In this document: piece after piece, positions 38,303 through 52,044 of the stretch | How positions within the stretch are numbered: position 1 is the stretch's first letter | Layout of the letters: each line of letters starts with the position of its first letter | DNA from: Trichosphaerium sp. ATCC 40318 | Taxonomy: Eukaryota; Protista; Tubulinea | Reading direction: 5' to 3' | NCBI GenBank assembly: GCA_038496445.1 | Contig: JALMLS010000057.1 | Span: 1 to 64,000, forward strand | DNA length: 64,000 bases | Translations under genes and position numbers: made by a program | The notes under the pieces: model-generated | The model's input: only the letters and a program-made list of their open reading frames with translations | The model's database searches: none | What the model was told of the DNA's origin: nothing

Positions 38303-41300
38303 ATGCATAGTCGTGTACGAACTACTTTACAGTTAATTATTTATTAATATCGCTACACTAGACAAGTGGAGGTTTTTCTTCTCAATCAAAGAGCAATAGG
38401 TTTGGGCCTAACAAACCAGGGACTTCCCATTTACATTTAAACACTTTGGACGGAAATGCGCAGAGCGGCTCTCAACCGTTACCACAATTGCCGCAAAACG
38501 CATTAAACAGAGTACCAGGGCGATCTAACGCTCAAATGTCGCGTCCTAATTATCAAAATAACGCGAACCGCCAATACGCTCAAAGACAAAACCCAGTCGC
38601 TTCTAAATCGCCTAATTATCGCCCTGGCCAAATTCCCAGAACACAACAAAGTGGCAATTCGCCAAATAATAGTACACCAACTGGATCTCCTCCAAACAGC
38701 GACCCGCGGAACATGACATCCCAGAGTACTCAGTGCGTACCATAAAACGGGCAGAAATGACCCTCAAAGCCATATAAACATATTTTAACTTTTTATGTAG
38801 AAATACAGGACACTTGCAACAGCAACAAAATAGACCACAACAAAATGCCCAACAAAGAAACTACACTCAGAACAGAACGTCTTATAATCAACAGCAAAGA
38901 AATGCAAACGTCCCAAATCAACAACAAAACTCTCAACACCAAGCGCCGCCAGTGAGGCAGACGGTAAAAGCACCTCCTTTGAATAACCAACGTCCAAGAC
39001 AACAGAACAATCAATCACGACCAGGATTCAACAATCAACAAAGAAGTGTTGGCAATCAACAACAACGTGTTCAAAATACATCTCCTCCTTCTTCTCAGTT
39101 GCAACACAATTCACCTCCTACAGTAAAACACAATACTCCGCCAAGTTCTCAACATCAAAAGGCACCTCCTGTCAACAAGGCTCCTTACCAACGTGTGCCA
39201 TATACAAATCAATCAGCTCAAGCAACTAGAGCGCCTCCTCCTGTACAAAATCAGCCTCCTGCTGTTAAACAACCTGTTGTCGATGTACAGAAGTACTTGA
39301 ACGAGATCAACGCCTTGAAGAAGCAACTTGAAGAGCAGACAAAGAAACATAATGAAGTACTAGCTGCCAAGGATAACGAACTTAAATCGTCAAGTCAAAG
39401 TTCACAACAAGCTCTTGCTGCTAAAGACGCTGAACTCAAAGAACTTGCTGTTCTCAAAAAGAAGTTAGATGAACAAGAAGCAAAGCATCAGGTTGCTATC
39501 AAATCGAAGGATGAAGAGTTAAGCGCTGCTAGTCAACTCACTAAAGATGCTCAAGAGAGGAATGAGAAGCTTCTGAAGCAGATTAACGAAGCTACACAAG
39601 CTGCTCAGAAGGAAGTTTCACATAAGAACGATCTGTTGAAGCAAATACAATCTTTGAACGAGAGCACCAGATCGCTGCAGGACAAATTGCAAAACGTAAG
39701 TTAGACATTTGTGTAACTTCTATTCTTTATTGACTTGGGTTTTTATTTAGAAAAACTTGGAGCTTTATGAAGTGCAAAGAAAAGAGGCTAGTAAATCAAA
39801 GATGCTAAAAGAAAACCTAGAGACTGTAACTCATCAACTCGCTTTTGAGGTAAGAACTTACTTTGCATTTTTGCTTTTTTTTCTAAGAAACCTCGTAGAA
39901 ACAAAATGCTTCTAAATTGGAGGAAGAGCTTAGCACTGTCTCTGCTAGGGCCGAAACTGCTACTAAAGATTTAAAGCATAAGACTAAAGAGCTTATGGAT
40001 ACTAAGGCTAAACTGAAAGAAGCAACGTTAGATCTCAAGAAGAAATTCGTGAAATCTCAGGCCGCTACTCCAAAGCCTACAAAGAAACCGAGCAAACCAA
40101 TCATTGTGGATAAGGTAAAACAAGGAATCCTGTAGGGTGATTGAATAGTATTCTTAACTAATCGTAGGAAATGAACGATGTTGTGGAAGAGTTAGATCAG
40201 ATAGAAGAAATTGATGATATTGGAACTCCTGAAGACTTTCCTACTGCTAATGTTGTTCGTATGCCTACTCTTAGAGCTGGTCGTAACAAACCAAGGCTAT
40301 CCAGGAATCGATCAAAAATGGGCACAAAGGTACGTTTAAAATTTATACCACTGTCATCATACACCACTTTCTGACTTTGTTTTTTAGCCTGCTCAGCTAG
40401 ATATGAAAAAAACTAATCATAAACGAAAGAGAGAGGAATCTGTACGTTTAATTTTTGGTTATTGAGGATATCTTTTTGCTTACTTTATCTCTATAGGAGG
40501 ATAAGGACATACGTTCTATTCGTGCTGAGAATGCAAGTCTTAAAAAGAATCTACAGAGGTATAAAACGAGAATAGAGAATGCTAAAAAAGCTCTATCTTC
40601 TGATACTCAAGATACCTCAAACCATATGGCAGTACGTCCCTTAGACTCAATAACTTCACGTGTTTTAAAAATGATGTTTGTTCTAACTTAACTAGGATAT
40701 GGTAGCCAAGAGGTTAGCCAAACAAATCGATGCCATGGAGAACCAAATTATTCAGCACATGTCAGTTGGGTAAGAACGGTTATTTTCTTTGTCGCTATTC
40801 TCATGGTTGTTTTTTTAGGAACCCAGCGAAACGTGTTAGGCATGACAAAGACCTTGAAAATGCTCTTAGAGATGAGAATAATTTATTGAAGAAACAACTG
40901 AACGAAGCACTTCAAATACGAGATACCCTTTCAAAGAAGGTTGATGAGTTTGAAGGTGAAGTACAAATGCAACAAAAGCAAACTGTAGCTCTTGCAGAAA
41001 GAGAGTTACAATATCAAGAGCTTACAGAAAAGGTTAAGGAAGTAACAGGTAAAGAAGTTTGCATTTTCTTTTTGTTTTCTTGTTTTTCGATGTTCTTTTT
41101 GCTCTGTTAACACGTGCTTTAGAATCAAATACATCTCTTGAAGCTTCTCTCCAACAAGAAAGAGACTTAGCTGCTACATCTATAAATAATCTAAACGGAA
41201 AGATAGAAGGTTTAAAACGCGAATTGGTTAGTTAAATATTCTTCAAACAGCTATCAATCTAATTGTTTTTTTCACCAGGCTATTATTGCTGAGGCGTATT

Positions 41301-41536
41301 CACAACAAGTGGCAAAGAACGCATTGTTCGAACAGCAACAGAAATCTAGTGGTACAGATGTTTTTGTAGAGCAACAAACGAATGCACAAAAACCAGAAGA
41401 ACCAGTACGAATTGTTGATGAAACTAGAAATGACAACAGTTCACCTTCTTCTTCTTTTGATCTTGGGCACGAACAAAATCAGCCAAGTCCAAGCGACGTA
41501 GTTGGTTCTATCGGTTCTGCGCCTATGGAAGTCTAG
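38303..41536 (+). CDS. Q/N/P-rich low-complexity plus long coiled-coil protein
   Basis: ORFs 38446-38745, 38814-39704 and later exons are joined by GT-AG introns. Heptad-rich middle and C-terminus. Confidence 0.75.
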
Positions 41537-41784
41537 TTTGTGTAAGACACAATTGTTTAAAGTGCTTGCAACTTGTAAATAAAAAAGACTCTTTAAACAG
41601 TAACTTCCTTTCACTTGATTTACTCAATTGTCACTAATGAAAAGGTTATGTCACGGAACGTGTTTGTGAGCATTCTACCAGGCACCATTGATTCAGATGG
41701 CTTTGAAAGGAAATCTCTTGAGATTGTTTCATTAAGATACTTTTACTACATAAATTGTTTTTTTTTTATTTTACATTTGGTGCT

Positions 41785-42592
41785 TTAGACGTCTACACCG
41801 ACAATGCCCTTTAATGTAGAAATCCAGCTTGTTCTATTATCAATCGTTTCCTCAGCCTTTTTTTTTTGTTTAAACATGCGCCGAAGGTATGATTGTGCTT
41901 CTTTTAAAGAGTTTGTCTTAAAGTAGTCAACTGAAAGATATGTCGCAAACTCAACCACTTCGTTCTGTGATACTTGCAATGGTTCCTTTCCAGTCATAAA
42001 TCCAATTACAAGATCGAAAGGGTACTAGATATAACAAGGATTAGATAAACACTATTATTTCATATTAGAAATCACTCTCATAAGGAGGAGGATGTATGAA
42101 CAAAAAAGTTGTTAACTTTTTTCTGCTGTTGGTTTTCTGTGAAACTCGTACACTAAGATCTTTATCTACAATAGAAACGATGCGCTCAAACGACTCTTTG
42201 TCTTCTAGAAAAACAACAACCACCTGTCCATCAGTATTCCTTGACGTAAATGAGGGACTCGTATTTCCAGCATCATCACGAATGCGCTCAGTGTTCAGGT
42301 CCCTGTCAATATCTGTAATGAGTTGTGTGCGACCTCCAAGCATCGCTACCTGTTCTTCTACTATTGCAAGGAGCTCATCTTGACGGCGTAACTCATCTAA
42401 TATACTTGTGCTTCGTTGGGGCTGTACAGGTGAAAAAGGGTGTAGCAGTGCGTATAATTGCGAATTAAACGCTTCGTACGAAGGATTATCTTTTTCAAAT
42501 AATTTGGCTGGTGTTGCCGTTTTGAACTTTGATTGGGACGTCCTAATGAACATTATAGGAATAAGTGGACGGCTGGCTGTAACCTTGAGTTG
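41785..42592 (-). CDS. Hypothetical protein (5' exon unresolved)
   Basis: ORFs 42065-42553 and 41785-41997 are linked by a GTACGA donor and an AG acceptor. Confidence 0.55.
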
Positions 42593-43147
42593 CTGAGAAA
42601 ATTTATGACGAAGAGAAATTACTTGACTGTGGCAAGAACAAACGTGATAAAAACTACTAGATGAGAACTTTTGTTATGCTATAGAACCGACAAGGCATAA
42701 GCAACAAGAAGGAAGCCTAACGTCTCGGTGGCTCAAACACAACTCGTGGCTTTATTTAAAGCACTATAGCGGTAATTGCACTAAGTACTACAATCGCCAT
42801 TGAGGCTATAAAACACTTGTAGTGAGAAGGGATATAAGCCGTTTATTCCGTTTATTTTACCATACGTATGGATTGTTTCTGACCACTTTTATACCATTCT
42901 ATACATAGCCCCTTTCTCTCTAGATCTTTGCTGTAGTGTATTCGTTGCGGCTCTTCTTGAGCTATATGAAACTTAAACATTTCTTCATCGAAGTGCATCG
43001 ATACCGCTATCGTGTAGATAAGGACCTGGTTTTAGTGCTTGTTGTGACATTAGACATAAAGAAAAGAACTTGTGGAGACGATATTAATTACTATTTTATT
43101 TATTTGTGTATTATGTAATCCTTGTGTTTTGATGGAAAATAGGCACT

Positions 43148-43913
43148 TCATTCGTTGTTTTGGTTTGCAACTAGTGTCTGTACCAAGCGATTACCTTCTG
43201 CTACCTTTTCTGTTAGATGCCCGAAGTATGTTACCAATCCATTGAGAGATTGAGCTTGCAACTTTGCTTCAAGTTCTTCAATACGAGCTTTATATTGCTC
43301 TTTTTCATTGTTCAGTCTGGCATTCTCCGCTCGACTCGCTGTCAAATCTGCACTTAGCTGAGCTACTCTTGCCTCGAGATTGGTGTTGGTTTCTGCCAAC
43401 TGTTCTCGTTTCTGTTCGTTGGCGTTTAGGCTCTCCTTCACAAAATCAACAGTTTGTATAACATCATCAAGCCGCTCATCATCTGTCTTTTAAAAAAGTA
43501 AGTTATCAAAAAAACACTCAGAAGTATCGATTGCCTTCGGTGCGGGGCGCTCTGTAGCCGGTTGCAGGGGTAATGCAACATACGGTTTCATGCACACCAT
43601 CCACTCCCTGCTTAATCTCCAAAGACACTGCGTTTAAAGCGCCCATATAGATTTCATCCAGTTTGCAGCAAAAGATTGATGTTACAGCAAAGAAAATGTA
43701 ACGGTTATTTAAAGGCGGCAGAATTCAAAAAGTTTTTAATTGTGGGATAACAACGTTCAACACTAATTTTGCAAATGCGAGGACGGTTGTTGATATTTTG
43801 CGTGTTACAAGGCTAAAAGTGAGGGTAAAGGTGTAATTTTGATCAAATGTACGTAAACGTACCCAAGACCGCTTTCTTTTAGCGCTGAGCCTAATATTAC
43901 GGCGTTTAGCCAT
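43148..43913 (-). CDS. Hypothetical coiled-coil protein (5' structure uncertain)
   Basis: Terminal exon is heptad-rich (KESLNANEQKREQLAETNTNLEARVAQL). Upstream exons are ambiguous. Confidence 0.45.
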
Positions 43914-45042
43914 AGTTTATGTATTGGTTGCCAATAAAGTTTTAAACACTTGAAATAATCACAAAAGCGCGGGCAACCTATAAAACAACGTACGTGAGTA
44001 AACAAAACAGTGATTAAAAATGCCGTTGACCAAAAGTACAGGTTTTTTCTACTTTTTAGCTAGAAAAGCCACAATGTGTTCATTTACGTTTGGCACATCG
44101 AGCATAGTTTGCGTAGCTACGAGTTCAAACCAGACTCTTGTCCTTGCAAGAGGTCAAGTGTGCAAACGTAACAATGACGGTAAAAGTTGCGTGGCGGACC
44201 AGGTAGGCCTTGGATCACCTTTGGGCTTAGTAAAAAATTAGCAAACATAAAACAATGCAACCACAAGGAGGATCGCTTCACTGTTAAAAATCCAACAATA
44301 GGATCTGGTCGTAGTACAATTGGTTGTTGCAAATATCAACCCATAGCGACAATGTTGGCTTGGGTAAGAATGGAATTGTCTGCAGACAAATAAAAGAAAA
44401 TAGACTTTATCGTCGCTGGCTGTAGAAACTAGAACCGTAGGTTTATTTTTTTGTGAAGGTTCTAACTTAGTGTTAAAGTCTGGCGCGTGATTTGAGATGG
44501 CGTTTTAGAGTAGAAAAGTAGACAGAAAAACGTGGCAATGTGATGAGATGAGTGTAAGGCAGTTGTCGATGCTGTGTCTAATTCTGAAGGATGTTTTGTA
44601 GATCACTCGAAAATGTTTAGTAGTGATTGGTATACCGATAGGGTCATCCGCGTGGTTTCTGTGGAGCAAACTTACCATCTAGTGTTTCACAATAGAAGCT
44701 TGCATATTACATCCTGTCTTTTGTCTTAGTATTTCTGATGACCTGATAGCGAAGTAAAAAGTAGAACTTGAATCACATGTGGCAATAAACTTATGACATA
44801 AGCCAAAACGACTGGTAAAGTGTTGGCTAATTAACAATAAAAAGCGTTACAAAATGTCAATGCAACTTCAACATATTCTCGTGCCAGGAGTTAGTTGAAT
44901 ATTCTTACTATGCAACTGACATGGGCTGAAATTTAGAATTTTAACTGATTACCACACTATGGGTATCATTTCTCTTAACAATAAAAGGCACGTGCCTTTT
45001 TAGTGAGTTTGACTTAAAAATCAAAAGTGAAAAACTAACACA

Positions 45043-46167
45043 ATGTCGACAACGTGGAATTTTCTATTGACTGTAACCTTAGTGGTGACGCTCTCGCTGT
45101 TTGCTCAATTGACTTCAGCTCAGTTAAATCCAAGCGAACGCAAAGCTCTAGTAGATTTCTACACGGCAACAGGCGGCAGCAAATGGTGCGTTATTAGGCG
45201 TTTGTTAAAAAATAACGAAGATTCTAAAGAAGTTGAGAATAAGAGTTTCCTAACTCTTTAAAAGGTATAAACAATGGCCAGTTGATGACCAAACAAGCGA
45301 TCCTTGTATGAATACATGGCTAGGAGTCGGTTGTATTCAAAATCGCACCGTACAGTCGTTAACTCTGACCTCAAACAACTTGATTGGCACAATACCGTCC
45401 TCAATAGGCGAGTTCAACCATCTGTTGTTCCTCTACCTCTCCAGTAATCACTTATCTGGAGAGATTCCAGAAGAGCTCGGCACGCTTACTAGTCTTGTTC
45501 AACTAGGCACGTGTTTTTTGGTTTTTGAAGAAAAAGTTATCTTACTTTCCACTTCAGGTTTGAACGATAATTTGTTGAGTGGTATGGTACCTGAAACACT
45601 TGGTAATCTCGTAAACTTGGACAGACTGTATTTACAACAGAACCAACTTGGTACGTTGGTTAAAGCGTCAACGATTTTTTCCTCCACTTGAATTTTTGTC
45701 TTAAACTCTCAGTTCTCTATTTCTAACACATATTAGAGGGTAGCCTAAACTTTACAGCTCCAATGAAGCATTTATTGTACTTATATTTGTCTAAGAACGC
45801 ATTCTCAGGTAAGCTATTTCTTGACAGCAAGTTGATTTGATTGTTGACTTGAAATTTAGGCAGTATTCCTGATGGCCTCGCTACTCATGTGCAATTACAA
45901 CAACTCGGAATAGATTATAATCAACTTACTGGACCTATTCCACCAGCACTTGGAAAGGCTCAACCCCAATTGCAAGCATTTTACGCCCAGTTCAATGAGT
46001 ATGTGTCAAAAAACTAAGAAAACCGTTATACACTAATTCAACCCTACAGGCTATCTGGACCAGTACCTACTGGTGTATGCGGATTACCAGCTGGTAAGTG
46101 TGATATAACAAACAATGGGTTATATGATTGTCCTCATCCAGCATGTTGTTTCCAACCAGCTTGTTAG
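45043..46167 (+). CDS. Secreted plant-type LRR protein
   Basis: Signal peptide, N-cap ERKALVDFYTATGG..W...DPC..WLGVGC, 24-aa LRRs (LxLxxNxLxGxIP) and a Cys-rich C-cap. Confidence 0.9.
45507..45557 (+). other. GC-AG intron
   Basis: GCACGT...CTTCAG, 51 nt. Removing it restores the exact 24-aa LRR period (LTSLVQLGLNDNLLSGMVPETLGN). Confidence 0.7.
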
Positions 46168-46238
46168 CGTCTTGAAAAAAACCCAATAAAAGCAAAAAAC
46201 TTGTAAACAAAAAAAGTCAAACAAGAAAAGTAAGCAAC

Positions 46239-48616
46239 ATGCGCACGTTGCTTGTTATCTTGCTTATTTCTACAATATGCTATACACATCGCGTCACAAA
46301 TAGTCCGTATCCTTTCTCTAATCAACCAACGCATTTGAGCGTTGTGTCGTTCCAGTCTATGGCACGTTTTACTCGTAAACAAGCGGTTCTAATGGAGTAG
46401 ACGCCAGACGAAAAACTTTTGCTTCAATCGCTACAAGGTTACTTGGTTTCGACTCATTACCACGTGTTGTAACTAACAATACATAGGAATGCTCGCACGG
46501 TCTACGCCAAGGTTATTTCGTATAGACCCTGCTTCTCAACTAGTATTCTTGAACGACATTGTTGAGAACTATAATGTGACTGTCAGTACCGCTAATCAAA
46601 ACAACTTACAGGCACGTGCCTCCAGGTTCAAAAATAACATACAAGAAAAGATATATGACAAGATTGTAGGGCATACTGTCCGAATTTAGGGAGAGTATTC
46701 AAGGCTACTTTCTTTGCGATACTGTAAAGAATACGCACTCTATAATAGCGGCAATTGATATGGCTTCAGTACTACCAGGTATAAGGGTTATTGCAAACCA
46801 TTAATGATTGTGTCAGCGGTTGAAGGCCGTTGGAAATCGATAACCTTTGCACACGATTGTTTCTTCTTACCGTAGTTTAGGTCACGTGGTAGCAACGGCA
46901 GCAACAAAGGCTTTGCTTGATAAAATGTCTATTCCAATGATAAACGATATGTCAGGTTTAACAGAGGAGTGGCCACTTAAAGCGCATGGTAAAGACTTTA
47001 ATACAAGAGTAGTTGCTATTCAGGATATGTCAAAGTTTGAGAGGTAGTTTTGGGACTTTTTATTTTTGTCAAGCTAAAATGCCGCCCTAACAGCACTCGC
47101 TTCTAGTGACTTGGCGGATTACAGTATTTTCGCGGGACTTTTCAGCTTTTACGGGAACTTAAATCCACCAGACAGTATCGCCAAACAAGCCTTTTCAAGA
47201 CTTAGCAGTGAACCCAGGTGCCTTACAAAATACAATCATACGCTATTCGTCACGTGACCATCTATAATAGCGCACTTCTCGGTTGGTACGATGGTACCAA
47301 AACAAGGATATAAAATATGGAAATTCTAACAGGATATTCAAAGGCACGGATGCGGAGAAGGTTCTCGTTACGCTTGCGTCAGAATCCAATACGTTTGTAA
47401 GTCTTACATCAGCTCCATTTTGGATCTACTGAAAACTGTTTCTAAATCGAGAAAGGTTAACGCAGCTGATTGGGCACCAAACTTGAGCGTATACACAAAT
47501 TTTAATCTTGGTCCTTCAATTATCCAACCTGGCCACTCTACAAGTACGTCAGATCCCTTGGTTTTTGTTACTGAGAATGTACAGTACCATCAAATGTCAA
47601 TGTACACAATGTCGCTTTCCTAATGACGGACGGAGATAACATACAATGGTACGTTATTTTTTTGGCAATAAACATAAACCACTAAACCACGTGTAGGTTA
47701 TTAAATGACTTTGCAACTGATACAAAGTGGTATGGATCACCTCAAAGAGGTCAAGCAAATATTGGGTAACAGCTTACAATCATCTCTGTACTTCAATGAC
47801 ATCTAACTGTAGCTGGACTTTTTCTCCTGCTATGGCCGAATTAGCTCCAACAGTTATCAAGTATGTATACAAGAATGCAGCAAACAAGTCAACAGGTAAT
47901 TATAAGGTGTTTGGTTTGTTAGTTTAATTGCTGTGTTGCAGGAAAAGATTTCTTTGTGGCTTCGGCGTCTGGTACGTTATAGAAGTGATAACTTTTGAAA
48001 ACATACTCGATAGGCGTTGGTTATATGTACCCAGATTCGTACAGCGAATCGAACCTTACATCATACGCGACATTGACAGCTGAAATGATGAAAAAATCAG
48101 ACATGAAGATTCTTAATGTTCTGGGTAGTAACCCTGACTCTAAATATCTTTCTCCTCTTCTCGAACAAGACCAAATAGACGCTATAATATATTACTATTA
48201 CGCTGATTACTCAGGATTACAAGGAAAAATCTCATGGGTGAACAATAAACCCGTCATTGGAGGTCGATACAATTTATGGAAAGGGTATGAAGTTTTATTT
48301 TTCTGCTACTATTGTGTTGTATTAAAACAAAGTCTTTAACTCTACTCTTGAAGGTTCGAAACACCCCAAACTTTGGCTAAAAAACTAAATGCACTACCTC
48401 GTGATGTAACAAACGCTGATTCTTATAGTTTGATTCCAGTTCACGTTTGGTACGTAGCTTTTGTAAGAAACTTGTAGTTTTTTCTTAAATATTTCTAATA
48501 GGACCATGTCAGTTGCTGATATTATCACGTGTATTGGTTTATTGGACAATAGTGTAAATGTGGTTACACCGGAAGAATTGGTAGGTCGTATCATACGTGA
48601 TGTGCGCAGAAATTAA
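46239..48616 (+). CDS. Secreted GxGYxYP-family putative glycoside hydrolase, many exons
   Basis: Signal peptide MRTLLVILLISTICYT; LQSLQG, AADWAPNLS, FLMTDGDNIQW, GWTFSPAMAELAP, SASGVGYMYP and YSLIPVHVW. Confidence 0.85.
46612..46669 (+). other. GC-AG intron
   Basis: CAG|GCACGT...TGTAG|GGC is phase 0 and keeps the frame into GILSEFRESIQGYFLC. Confidence 0.6.
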
Positions 48617-49330
48617 ACTACAACCTAAAAATAAAACAAAGAAACATGTTTTCAACTCTGTCTCGAGTTCTTCGATCATTTTTGTAAAACAGTACACTAA
48701 CCGTCGTTTCATTACGTCAGATAAATGCGAACACAACAAAATCTTAAAGAAGAAGCGGCAAAACTGTGAGCCTAGCCTACCATAATACCAACAACAACGA
48801 AGGTAAAAAGTTATTATACTAAACGCAAAAACTTGAGAATATAAAAAAATCCACAGTGCTGTTTTGTAACCTTGGCTCACGGCCTAAATCCTTTCTACAG
48901 TTTGTTGGCTTACCTACCAGTTATAGTTTTCGTTACAATATCAAAAAACAGTTGTACAAGTTCACAAAAAGTTTAAAGCTAACTTTTAGGACCCAAAACC
49001 ACGTGTTGTATTTTTGAAGCAAACCGTACTTGCTGCATGGCATGTTTGCTAGTTAAAGCAAAACCAGAAAGGTACCGTTACTTTTCGAAGAGCTTCTGAC
49101 ACTCCAAATAACACGTGGAGTAGCTCAATAGCTCGGGCATTATTTTTTTCCGTCTAAATTCAGTCATTCTGGATACAAAGGGCAACACCAAGCTTCCATA
49201 AAATACGACAACAACGCTGAATATCTAATCGAGTTATGTGTGGTAGTTTCTCCCTTAAAAACCAACTTTCACGGCCACATTTCACGTGCGTGTGTGTTCG
49301 GGTTTTTAGATACACAGGACATACACAACG

Positions 49331-51816
49331 ATGACAACGCGTCTAATCCTATTGTGTATTACATTGTTTTTCTTCGCACATGCTGCTACAGAGATAGACT
49401 CTGATCTAGTACGTCTATTGTCTCATTTGGATTTAAAAAACCGAATTAAAGGTAAATAACCACTTTGTTAATGTTTGACATTAGATTGCTAGCTTCAAAG
49501 CTACAATTAAGAGTATGGCTATCGCTCCACCAAAAAATGCTGGAGCGTTAGTACGCTCGGTATCCACAAAAGTTCTCCAAGGATCTGTTTCAGGCATACC
49601 TCTCGCGAACGTTACAAAACAAGCCGCCATTTGGGTACAGACGAAATTATTTGCTTTTTAACCGTCACACGTGTTTTTTTAACTTATTTGAGTATTTATA
49701 GGGTTGCACAGGAGCTTGCGCTACTAAATTCCACCAGATAGTTTACAGTAGTAAGACTGGGTTTGATACATTCACGTACAAAGTTGTGGTACGGTATTCA
49801 TTGAATTTTCTAAACAATTTAAGAATGTTTCCTTGTTTATTTGGACCTTTAGAAACTCGCTGGTACTCTTCATGAGTTTGTCGGTGCTGCCCAGAATATC
49901 AAAGGAAAGGTTGATATGGCTTACATGATTGCACAAACTTCTGGCGCTCTCATCCAACAGACACACCGTGTCCTTGTTAAGGAATGTCACCACATCTTGT
50001 TCGTCAAAGTCTGCCATCACAAATGGAAGACTCTACCACGTGGGTTTACAGCCGCTGAGTTGACTGACATCGAGGATGATTTAGAAGCTACTGGATACAA
50101 AGCTCTTTTGGCCAAGATTGACAAGGAGCCGCTGAGTCTTCATAAAGACGGGCTTGACTTCTTGAGAAGTGAAGTTGTACGTTCTTTTTCTTTAACTGTT
50201 TACGACTTATTGGTTACATATAGACACCTCTCGATGACGAAACTTTGCTGGACGACGCTATTCGTGCTATGCTCGCACGTATCCCAGACATAAAAAAAAG
50301 CTTGAGCAACAGCACCTTCGAAGTCATTCGCCGTCTCACCGGTCGTGGCTTTACCTACTTTAAACAACATGCCGATGTCCAGTATGTAAAGGAAGTTATG
50401 CACAGCAGTTTCGATCCATACGTCAAAGAGATGTTGACTATCTTGAACGTTCCTGGAAAGTTACAGGGGTACGCACAAGTCTTTTAACTGGCAACCCAGA
50501 GTTCGTTCACTGATGTTCGTTGATTTTTTTCGTAGCGATCTCACTAAGGTTGTTAACACTTTGAAATTCGCCGATTCCAACGAGTGGATTAAGTTCTCTG
50601 TACTTTTCAACACTGACGGAAAGAGTTCAGCAAGAGAACTCGCTATATTTGGTCGCCACAATCCAGATGACACGTGCGTTTTAAGTCGCTTGTAAATGAT
50701 AGAATTTTCTACTAATTCTATTTTTAGCTACGACTTCCTCCACGCTGCCCTTGAAGTTGAGTTTGAGTTTGCTCCTGACTTGTTTGTTATCCGCGAGAGT
50801 AAGAGCTACCTCGGAGGCGCTTTTGGATCTGATAAGGATCACATTGTATTCCGCCCACATCACATCACAATCAAAGAACTCGATGAAGTATTCGCCTTTT
50901 TCAATATTGTCATGCTTGAGAAGACAGCTTTCGTCATGCACATAATCAATGATGATGGTGCTGTTATCGCTTTAGATGATGGAGAGAACGAGAGCGATGG
51001 ATGGTTGAACTCAATTATCAAGAGTATCACAGGCGGTAGCTTCAGTGAACTCGTAAACTTGCTCGAAAAACTACAATCTGGCACAAACTCAGAAATTGTC
51101 AAAGAATTCCGTGGACCAGAAAATGGATTTGCTAATCTTGGTGAAGATGCCTTTGTACGTTCTTTTCAAAAATCACAATGTGCTGGTGTAATTTAATGGT
51201 TTGAGTATAGGTATGGAAAATAAATGGTCTTGTAGAGTCCAAACTAAACGACTTTTTGAACGAACTTGGTGGTATTATGAATATCCCTAAAGGTCACGAA
51301 AAAGATTGGAACTTTATCAAGTCACTGATCCCTTACTCTGATGAACAAGAATGGATGAGTTACAAAATGCTTTTTGATATGAAGAAAGGAGGAGAAGCTC
51401 ATTATGCCGCATTCATGGTTAACCACAATACAACTTCTAAAAAGTACAATTTCGTAGTTTGCAACTTGGAAGCAACTTTCAAAGTACGCTCTATCCGCTC
51501 TTCTTTAGCTTTTGATTCCTTACCTTTCTTCATTAGCTCGCTCCTGATTTGTTTGTTGTACGTAAATCTACAAGTATATTGGGTGGTTTGTTCTCTAGTT
51601 CGAAGGACGTCATTGAAGGTACCCACGTCTTTTTTTTGCATAAAAATTGTTTAACATTTTGTGTTAGAGCGCCCACGTGGTATCACAGAGACTGATATGA
51701 ATTTCGTATTTGACTACCTTACTATTGTACAATTCAAGAGATTTGCTGATTTGCTTGGCATCGCAGCAACGAACCCTCCACCTATTAAGGATGTCCAGTA
51801 CTACTTGACTGACTAA
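49331..51816 (+). CDS. Secreted protein of unknown function with three internal repeats
   Basis: Signal peptide MTTRLILLCITLFFFAHA. Repeat modules end in PRGFTAAE, PHHITIKE and PRGITETD. Confidence 0.8.
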
Positions 51817-52044
51817 GACCAAAATAAAGCACTAGTCAAGACCCAAACTTGTTTAATTCGTGATTGCTATGTTCACGTTGAAACTACAAAAAGAACAATG
51901 TCAACTAAGTTTGTGAGAATGTCTAATCTACACTTTGGTTCCTCCACCAGCCAGGTATCAACAGTATATTTCACATCTTCTCATGTACTATGCTCACCAT
52001 ATAAACTGAGACTGATTGAAATAAAATGATGTTGCTTATTTATT

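Noticed and set aside
44020-44760. Short ORFs on both strands
   Set aside because: No consistent exon chain or motif.
49117-49140. TAGCTCAA A-box-like motif (also near 58192) suggesting a tRNA
   Set aside because: No T-loop/B-box or cloverleaf follows.
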